Origin: Ignavibacteria bacterium
GTDB lineage: Bacteria; Bacteroidota; Ignavibacteria; Kapaibacteriales; Kapaibacteriaceae
Length of the DNA stretch: 64,000 bases
NCBI GenBank assembly: GCA_016707005.1
Contig: JADJIQ010000005.1
Coordinates: 460,585-524,584 of the forward strand
Reading direction: 5' to 3'
The notes below the pieces were generated by a model. It did no database searches and was not told where the DNA came from. It worked only from the letters and a program-made list of their open reading frames with translations. Both the position numbers and the translations under genes were made by a program. This document shows, piece after piece, positions 57,590 through 64,000 of this stretch. Every line of letters starts with the position of its first letter. Positions within the stretch are counted from its first letter, which is position 1.

Positions 57590-58584
57590 ATGGTATCGGC
57601 TGAAGAGAGGACGATGTCCCTCACTTCGATATGGTCTGCCTTAAGCCGTGCACCATATTGAGCAACGACCTGTGCAGACGCATACGATGCCAACCTACCG
57701 GCATGTTCCGGATGATGGCGATGAAGCACACCATAGAGGAAGGCACCGGCATACATGTCTCCGGCACCGGTGGTATCAACGGAGGTAACCTTATAGGCCG
57801 GCACTTCAACATCGAGTCCATTCCACCGTACCCGAGATCCATGGGGTCCGGCCGTCAGAACAACATTCGGATACCGATCGATCAACTCGCGGTATGCTTC
57901 GTCCACAGTCTCTGTGCCGGCAAGAGAGGTCCCCTCGCGTTCATTGCAGAAGACGAGGTCCGCATTCTTGAGAACACTGCGCAGCCTATCTCCGAATACA
58001 TCAATGATGAATCCGTCAGAGCAGCTCACAGCAACGTTTGTACCGTGCTTACGCGCATAGAACATCGCAAGGTCCACTGCCTCAGCACCGTTGTCATCGG
58101 TGAGTTTGTAGCCTTCTACATAGATCCACTCGCTCGCCTTGATCAGGTCTTCGCTGATGTTATTGCGAGAGAACTCGGTATTCACTGCAAGAGTGGTATT
58201 CAAAGTCCGCTCACTGTCTGGCGTAATGAGAACCAGGCACGATCCCGTGCTTGCCCCCTTCACCTGTTCAGCAGCAAGAACGATTCCCAGGTCCTTGAAC
58301 TCCGAAGCGTAGAAGTCACCGAATCGATCTGCACCAAGTAAGGAGCTGTAGGCACCACTTCCGCCGAATTGGGCGAACGCAATGATGGTGTTTGCGGCCG
58401 ATCCACCACTGCAATGATGCGCTTCCCGGTCACCCAGGGCCGTGATCATCTCTTGCTGACGAGCGGTGTCTGTTAATGTCATCGCGCCCTTTGTCACTCC
58501 GAACTGTTGAAGCTCGGCATCGGTAACGCGGTATTCGAGGTCTACAAGGGCATTTCCAACCCCTGTGAGAAGGATGTTTTTCAC
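57586..58584 (-). CDS. PfkB-family carbohydrate/nucleoside kinase (adenosine kinase-like).
   Basis: The PfkB signature DTTGAGDMYAGAFLYG is present with an N-terminal ...NILLTGVGNALVDL. The probable GTG start is at 58584. The ATG-initiated extension to 58641 in the ORF track is a translation of the GCGAATA repeat array. Confidence 0.8.
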   Translation of the reverse strand: MKNILLTGVGNALVDLEYRVTDAELQQFGVTKGAMTLTDTARQQEMITALGDREAHHCSGGSAANTIIAFAQFGGSGAYSSLLGADRFGDFYASEFKDLGIVLAAEQVKGASTGSCLVLITPDSERTLNTTLAVNTEFSRNNISEDLIKASEWIYVEGYKLTDDNGAEAVDLAMFYARKHGTNVAVSCSDGFIIDVFGDRLRSVLKNADLVFCNEREGTSLAGTETVDEAYRELIDRYPNVVLTAGPHGSRVRWNGLDVEVPAYKVTSVDTTGAGDMYAGAFLYGVLHRHHPEHAGRLASYASAQVVAQYGARLKADHIEVRDIVLSSADTI

Positions 58585-58594
58585 AGTGCGAAAA

Positions 58595-58745
58595 TAGCTA
58601 TTCCTGAATAGCGAATTCAGAATAGCGAATAGCGAATTCAAGATTCGTTCTCTTGATGTTACCTCTCTGAACTCAGAACTCGCTATCCGCTATTCTGAAT
58701 TCGCTATTCGCTATTCGCTATTCGCTATTCGCTATTCGCCATTCG
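58595..58745. repeat. Inverted GCGAATA / TATTCGC heptamer arrays forming a long hairpin or cruciform between ddl and the kinase gene.
   Basis: The left arm gaatagcgaattcagaatagcgaatagcgaattc is complementary to the right arm gaattcgctattcgctattcgctattcgctattcgc. It is the same heptamer as the array after dnaK. Confidence 0.85.
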
Positions 58746-59759
58746 CTATTCCGAAAGGCGTATAATCTCCTCGCACAATTCCCCGAACTCAATTCCGGCG
58801 GCACGGGCGGCCATGGGGACTAGGCTTGTCTCGGTGAAGCCAGGGATGGTATTCACTTCCAGGCAGTAGGGGATGTTGTCTTCGGTCAGACGGAAGTCGA
58901 TGCGGCTGTAGGCGCGACACCCAAGGATGTGGTGGGCAGCTACTGCGAGATTCTGGACGTGATCCTGAACTTCCTCTGACAGGTCTGCGGGGCAATGGTA
59001 CTCTGTCTTGCCCTTGGTGTACTTGTTCGCGTAGTCGTAGTACCCTTCCTTCGGCTCGATCTCGATGATCGGCAAGGCTTCGTTCCCCAGTACGGCAACA
59101 GTCAGCTCTCGACCCGGGATATACCGCTCCACAAGGATCGATCGTGTGAACTGTCCGGCAAGCCGAATGGCAGCGGCCAGATCGTCCTCGGTCACGCGAT
59201 GGAGGATCGTCATCCCGACAGTAGATCCCTGGTCATTTGGCTTTACGACCATAGGGCCGTTGATCTCCTTGATCACCTCGCCGAGCAGATCGCTATCGTC
59301 AGCTTGCTCCGGCGTTACACTCACCCAATAGGGGGTTGGAATCCCCGCAACTTGGAACAACATCTTGGATAGCCCCTTATCCATAGCGGCTGCACTGGCA
59401 AGCATTGTGCTCCCGGTGTAGGGAATACCGCGCAGATCGAGGAGGGACTGTACATAGCCGTCTTCGCCGTATTGCCCGTGTAACAGGAGGAAGACGAGGT
59501 CGATGTTGTTGAACTGGTCAGAAGTAATACACTCCATCAATCGGATCGGACTGAAGGACGCTAACTCGTCGGATGTGACCTCGCGAGCGGTAGCTGCCTG
59601 AAGCTCATCATCGGTCACTATGCCGTTTGCACCGCGGGCAGGGTCGATCGCCACAACGGTATGACCACGGCCCCTCAACGCAGACACAGCTGCACGACCA
59701 CTGAGGAAGGAGATGTTTCGCTCGGGACTAAGCCCGCCAAGGAGAACGGCTATGTTCAT
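58746..59759 (-). CDS. ddl: D-alanine--D-alanine ligase.
   Basis: The ATP-grasp Ddl architecture is present (MNIAVLLGGLSPERNISFLSG, GQYGEDG, EVNTIPG). Confidence 0.93.
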   Translation of the reverse strand: MNIAVLLGGLSPERNISFLSGRAAVSALRGRGHTVVAIDPARGANGIVTDDELQAATAREVTSDELASFSPIRLMECITSDQFNNIDLVFLLLHGQYGEDGYVQSLLDLRGIPYTGSTMLASAAAMDKGLSKMLFQVAGIPTPYWVSVTPEQADDSDLLGEVIKEINGPMVVKPNDQGSTVGMTILHRVTEDDLAAAIRLAGQFTRSILVERYIPGRELTVAVLGNEALPIIEIEPKEGYYDYANKYTKGKTEYHCPADLSEEVQDHVQNLAVAAHHILGCRAYSRIDFRLTEDNIPYCLEVNTIPGFTETSLVPMAARAAGIEFGELCEEIIRLSE

Positions 59760-60532
59760 GGTGCATCATATAGGTTTCGAAGAAGCTTCACGTCTTCCCA
59801 TGCGAGCTTCTTCCATTCTGGATTTCTGAGAAGGGCTGCAGGATGATAGGTCACGAGCATGCGAATGCCTTGATAATCGTGGATCTTCCCGCGCAGGTTC
59901 GTCATTGATTCTTTGTTTTTCAACAAGGTGTTGGCTGCTGTAAGACCCAATGCAAGGATCAGCTTTGGTTTCACGAGCTCGATCTGTTTCCAGAGATACG
60001 GCTCGCACTGGTCCGTCTCCATTACAAGGGGCTTACGGTTATTGGGTGGACGGCACTTGAGGATGTTGCAAATGTAGACCTCATCCCGACCAAGTTCGAT
60101 GGCTTCGAGGATCTTTGTGAGCAGCTGTCCGGCCCGCCCAACGAATGGCAGCCCCTGCTCATCCTCATCTGCCCCAGGTGCCTCACCAACGATCATGATA
60201 TCAGCGTTCTCATTCCCACTGCCGAACACAAAGGAGTTTCGTGTGTGTCCAAGGGGGCACTCTAGACACGTGTGGATCTGGTCATGCAAGGATGCAAGCG
60301 AGCCCGCAGATCGCCAAGCTGAGGGATTTGATCGAATGGGCATTGGTTCAGCCTCTACGAATTGCGGTATTTCTTGACCTATGCGTTCCGTCATGACAGT
60401 TTCTGCAGGAACGACGTACATTTCGGTGCCGTACATCTGTATCTGTTGTTTGAGATACCGGACGAGTATTTCTTGTTGCGTAGACACAGCGCGAAGATAC
60501 CGGTTCATGGCGTTAGGTTGTCCACGATTCAC
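59756..60532 (-). CDS. Family-4 uracil-DNA glycosylase with an N-terminal extension.
   Basis: It has the GEAPGADED and HPAALLRNP motifs and the Cys cluster (CLECPL...CNILKCRPP) of 4Fe-4S UDGs. It overlaps ddl by 4 nt. Confidence 0.8.
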   Translation of the reverse strand: MNRGQPNAMNRYLRAVSTQQEILVRYLKQQIQMYGTEMYVVPAETVMTERIGQEIPQFVEAEPMPIRSNPSAWRSAGSLASLHDQIHTCLECPLGHTRNSFVFGSGNENADIMIVGEAPGADEDEQGLPFVGRAGQLLTKILEAIELGRDEVYICNILKCRPPNNRKPLVMETDQCEPYLWKQIELVKPKLILALGLTAANTLLKNKESMTNLRGKIHDYQGIRMLVTYHPAALLRNPEWKKLAWEDVKLLRNLYDAP

Positions 60533-60557
60533 TCATTCACCTTGAAGGGATATTCAC

Positions 60558-61073
60558 ATGAACATTGTTTCGCGCCTTCTTTCGATGGTATTGATCGCTG
60601 CATCCGTCATCGCGGTGTCCTGCTCCAGCAGCGACAGTCCAAGTGACCCGAACACCTCTTCAGGAGAAACGTTTACATTCACAAAGAGTGGCGGTCTCAC
60701 CGGCAACTCGAACTACTCGTCGTACACTCTTGCAAGCTTCAGCACAGAGAACAACGTCACATATGTCCTCGGGTCCGACGTAGCCGTTACAACGGGTCCA
60801 TCGGCCAATATGGTCGTTATCACCGTACCGGGGAAGACCACAGGCACGTACGCACTTGGCGATAGTGAGTGCACTCTCACGATGTTCGCAAACTCCGTCC
60901 CCTACCTCGCTACATCCGGTACTGTTGTGGTTTCCTCGTTCGGAGCCGTGGGTTCACAGATCAAGGGCACATTCTCCGGCACAATGGTCAGCGCAACGGG
61001 CGGAGCCGGTGTGACCATCACGAACGGCGTCTTCGACGTCAAACGTGATGCCGATGACCTATACACAGAGTAA
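60558..61073 (+). CDS. Hypothetical lipoprotein.
   Basis: It has a signal peptide with a lipobox (VIAVSCSS) and a Ser/Thr/Gly-rich mature part. Confidence 0.6.
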   Translation: MNIVSRLLSMVLIAASVIAVSCSSSDSPSDPNTSSGETFTFTKSGGLTGNSNYSSYTLASFSTENNVTYVLGSDVAVTTGPSANMVVITVPGKTTGTYALGDSECTLTMFANSVPYLATSGTVVVSSFGAVGSQIKGTFSGTMVSATGGAGVTITNGVFDVKRDADDLYTE

Positions 61074-61101
61074 ACTCTCTCTCCTTCGCTATTGAACCAT
61101 A

Positions 61102-61146
61102 AACGAAAAAGCCTCTCCCGTTCATTCGGGAGAGGCTTTGTTTCTT
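61102..61146. terminator. Bidirectional rho-independent terminator between convergent genes.
   Basis: A 10-bp perfect stem gcctctcccg/cgggagaggc with a 6-nt loop is flanked by an A-run and a T-run. Confidence 0.75.
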
Positions 61147-61163
61147 GTAGCGATGTTTGAGTC

Positions 61164-63677
61164 TCACTCCTCGTGAGCTTCGGCCTCTTCGGGTTCCTCT
61201 TGGGTGTCACCGCCCTTTGACTTGCCTGCGGTGAAGACAAGGAGCCCCGTTTTTTTATCGAGCTTGCCCTTGATTATAGCCCCATCCGTGAAGTGACCTC
61301 TGAGGAGTTCTTCTGCAACCGGATCTTCAACGAAACGCTGGATCGTTCGGCGAAGGGGGCGAGCACCATACTTCTCATCAAAACCCTTGTCTGCGAGATA
61401 CTCTTTAGCAGACTTCGCAAGTTCAATGGAAATGCTACGAGACTCGAGTCGCTTGAGAACACGTTTCAGCTGCAGATCGATGATCTTGTACATGTGCTCC
61501 TTCTTGAGGGAACGGAAGATCACATACTCATCGATACGGTTGATGAATTCAGGATTGAAGAGACGTTTCATCGTTTCTTCGACCGTGGACTTCATGTTTT
61601 CATAGTCATCCTCAACGGCGTCCGTGGTGAAACCGATCTTTCCACCGGCTTTCACGTCTCGCATACCAACGTTCGAGGTCATGATGATGATGGTGTTCTT
61701 GAAGTCAACGCGCCTGCCAAGACCATCGGTCAATTGGCCATCGTCAAAGACCTGCAGGAGGATATTGAAGACATCAGGGTGCGCCTTTTCGATCTCATCG
61801 AGCAGGATGATGGAGTATGGCTTGCGCCGCACTTTTTCCGTGAGTTGTCCGCCCTCTTCATACCCAACGTATCCCGGAGGAGCACCAACAAGTCTGGAGA
61901 CGGAGAACTTCTCCATGTACTCGGACATATCGATGCGGATGAGAGCATCTTCGCTGTCAAACATGTACCGAGAAAGTGCCTTGGCCAATTCCGTCTTTCC
62001 AACTCCTGTTGGTCCGAGGAACATAAATGAACCGATCGGACGATTTGGATCCTTAAGTCCGGCACGAGCTCTGCGGATGGCCTTTGCAAGGTGCTCCACA
62101 GCTTCGTCCTGACCGATCACCTGCGTCTTGAGTTCTTCGGCCATCTTCAAGAGTTTGGCGGTCTCCCCTTCTGCGATTCGGTTCACAGGGATCCCGGTGA
62201 TCATGGCAATCACGTCGGCAACATCATCTTCCGTTACATCAAAGACAACATCTCCAGCCTTATTCTCCCAATCTTCCTTTGCGAGCTCAAGATCAGCTTG
62301 ATGCTTCTTCTCGAGGTCGCGGAGACGAGCGGCTTCTTCAAAGTTCTGAGACTTCACAACGCTGTTCTTTAACACGCGTACTTCTTCGATCTTCTCTTCG
62401 AGTTCCAGTACCTCTTTCGGTACATGGATGTGCGCCAGGTGTACACGTGCGCCAGACTCGTCCATTACATCAAGAGCCTTATCCGGCAGGAAACGGTCTG
62501 TGATATACCGGTCTGCCATAAGTACACATGCCTTAACTGCCTCATCAGAGTACCGCACGCCATGATGCTTCTCGTACCGATCCTTCACATTTGTAAGGAT
62601 CTGTACAGCCTCATCTGGAGTAGGGGGCTCAACGATGATCTTCTGGAACCGCCGGTCAAGCGCTCCGTCCTTCTCGATGTACTGGCGGTACTCATCAAGC
62701 GTGGTGGCACCGATACATTGGATGTCACCTCTGGCCAGGGCCGGTTTGAACATGTTTGATGCGTCGAGAGAGCCACTGGCGCCCCCTGCCCCAACGATGG
62801 TATGCAACTCATCGATGAAGAGGATCACGTCCTTTGCTTTCTCGAGTTCGTTCATCACGGCTTTCATGCGCTCTTCGAACTGGCCGCGGTACTTCGTGCC
62901 TGCCACAAGAGCAGCAAGGTCAAGAGTGACGATACGCTTGTCAAAGAGAACCCGTGAGACCTTGCGGTCGATGATGCGTAAGGCAAGACCTTCAACGATA
63001 GCTGTCTTGCCAACACCCGGTTCACCGATGAGGACGGGGTTGTTCTTTTTTCGACGTGAAAGGACCTGAGCCACCCGCTGAATCTCCTTCTCACGGCCGA
63101 TGACCGGATCGAGTTTACCTTCGAGAGCTAGCTTTGTAAGATCCCGACCAAAGTTGTCTAACACGGGTGTTTTGGCCCGTTCCGGTGCGGATTTTGCGCG
63201 ACCGGCACCCTTTTCTGGGCGCTGAGGACCAGAGCTCGGCTTCCCGCTGAGGTAGGCATCGAGTTCCTTGCGCACTGCATCGTAATTCACTGAAAACTGG
63301 CCTAGGATCTGGGCGGCGATGTTATCCTCGTCTCGCAAAAGCGATAGTAGAAGATGCTCTGTGCCGATCACGTCAGATTTGTAGAGCTTGGCCTCGAGAT
63401 ACGTGATCTTGAGTACCTTTTCAGCCTGCTTGGTAAGCGGGATATTCCCGATCGTTAGAGGTCCACTCATGGACCGTACGGTATCTTCAACCGCACGTTT
63501 GAGCTTACTGAGGTCTACGCCAAGGTTGCGAAGGATCTTTACCCCAATACCTTCGCCTTCGCGAATGATACCGAGGAGCAAATGCTCCGTACCGATGTAG
63601 TCATGTCCGAGTCTCAACGCTTCTTCCCGGCTTAGCCGGATAACGTCTTGAACACGGTTGGAAAAGTTGCCTTCCAT
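61164..63677 (-). CDS. clpC: ATP-dependent Clp protease ATP-binding subunit ClpC/ClpB-type: two Clp_N repeats, two AAA+ modules and a UVR/coiled-coil region.
   Basis: Both Walker A motifs ([15 protein letters not shown] and [14 protein letters not shown]) are present, with Clp_N repeats and the sensor-2 region. Start is at [11 protein letters not shown] (63677). Confidence 0.93.
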   Translation of the reverse strand: MEGNFSNRVQDVIRLSREEALRLGHDYIGTEHLLLGIIREGEGIGVKILRNLGVDLSKLKRAVEDTVRSMSGPLTIGNIPLTKQAEKVLKITYLEAKLYKSDVIGTEHLLLSLLRDEDNIAAQILGQFSVNYDAVRKELDAYLSGKPSSGPQRPEKGAGRAKSAPERAKTPVLDNFGRDLTKLALEGKLDPVIGREKEIQRVAQVLSRRKKNNPVLIGEPGVGKTAIVEGLALRIIDRKVSRVLFDKRIVTLDLAALVAGTKYRGQFEERMKAVMNELEKAKDVILFIDELHTIVGAGGASGSLDASNMFKPALARGDIQCIGATTLDEYRQYIEKDGALDRRFQKIIVEPPTPDEAVQILTNVKDRYEKHHGVRYSDEAVKACVLMADRYITDRFLPDKALDVMDESGARVHLAHIHVPKEVLELEEKIEEVRVLKNSVVKSQNFEEAARLRDLEKKHQADLELAKEDWENKAGDVVFDVTEDDVADVIAMITGIPVNRIAEGETAKLLKMAEELKTQVIGQDEAVEHLAKAIRRARAGLKDPNRPIGSFMFLGPTGVGKTELAKALSRYMFDSEDALIRIDMSEYMEKFSVSRLVGAPPGYVGYEEGGQLTEKVRRKPYSIILLDEIEKAHPDVFNILLQVFDDGQLTDGLGRRVDFKNTIIIMTSNVGMRDVKAGGKIGFTTDAVEDDYENMKSTVEETMKRLFNPEFINRIDEYVIFRSLKKEHMYKIIDLQLKRVLKRLESRSISIELAKSAKEYLADKGFDEKYGARPLRRTIQRFVEDPVAEELLRGHFTDGAIIKGKLDKKTGLLVFTAGKSKGGDTQEEPEEAEAHEE

Positions 63678-63717
63678 GGCGGATGTCCTTGGAACGTGAT
63701 CTGTTCCTCTTAAAGAC

Positions 63718-63733
63718 GAACACCGCGGTGTTC
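63718..63733. promoter_or_regulatory. Perfect 16-bp palindrome GAACACCGCGGTGTTC in the clpC upstream/leader region.
   Basis: A perfect inverted repeat read from the sequence, followed by a T-rich tract. It is a candidate operator (heat-shock repressor site) or a terminator of the upstream gene. Confidence 0.3.
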
Positions 63734-63802
63734 TGTTACTTTTTGCCCGAGAAATATACTGCCGCTGACCCTCGCCCATGGGGAGAGGTTATTCACAGGC
63801 AC

Positions 63803-64000
63803 TCAATCGTAGAGCTTCTTCACCTTGCCGATCTTGACGGTCAGCGTAGGGATATGTGCCGCTGATGTGACTGGGATCTCCGCCGGCGTGGTTGCCTTGG
63901 AAGCCCCCTTCTTTGACTTCTTCGATTTCTTGTCGGTGGCTGCAACAGGTGCCGCAGCAACAGGTGTTGCTGAGATCGGCAGAGGAACGTAGACATACGA
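63803..64000 (-). CDS. Partial CDS whose 5' end lies outside the window, with a Lys/Ala/Pro-rich C-terminus (...ATDKKSKKSKKGASKATTPAEIPV...IGKVKKLYD*).
   Basis: Hand translation of the minus strand gives a 66-codon open frame ending at TGA 63803-63805. It is not in the ORF track because it contains no Met. Confidence 0.35.
   Translation of the reverse strand, partial: SYVYVPLPISATPVAAAPVAATDKKSKKSKKGASKATTPAEIPVTSAAHIPTLTVKIGKVKKLYD

Overview
This 64 kb window looks like a chromosomal region from a bacterium of the Bacteroidota/FCB group, at about 55-57% GC. The lineage call rests on many C-terminal sorting domains typical of the type IX secretion system (T9SS CTDs), a TAnnTTTG-type promoter motif, and an F-ATPase operon organised as atpZ-atpI-atpB-atpE-atpF-atpH-atpA-atpG.

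Well-supported housekeeping genes are hsp20-dnaK on the plus strand and, on the minus strand, obg, radA, an ECF sigma/anti-sigma pair, ddl, a family-4 UDG, clpC, a PfkB kinase and the atp operon. hldD is unusually inserted between atpA and atpG. atpB is split by a frameshift.

An accessory block from about 4 to 41 kb is dominated by T9SS cargo. It holds four secreted proteins rich in BNR/Asp-box repeats, a 1171-aa protein built of Ig-like repeats, and a roughly 12 kb gene (28791..40745, about 3984 aa) made of dozens of Ig-like domains with an internal tandem duplication of about 1.05 kb. This block also contains a TonB-dependent receptor, a response regulator/histidine kinase pair, a small cysteine-rich secreted protein, a paaBCD fragment with no paaA, and a translationally coupled pair of a membrane protein and an AAA_16/STAND NTPase.

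The most unusual sequence-level feature is a family of tandem 7-8 nt repeat arrays (GTAAC/GTTAC-core octamers, a GCGAATA heptamer and others) at eight or more intergenic loci. Several are arranged as inverted blocks that exactly fill the gap between convergent stop codons. One array encodes the last residues and stop codon of a gene.

No rRNA, tRNA, CRISPR array or transposase/integrase was seen. Coordinates follow the supplied ORF track. My own base indexing showed a +/-1 ambiguity around 51.2-51.5 kb.
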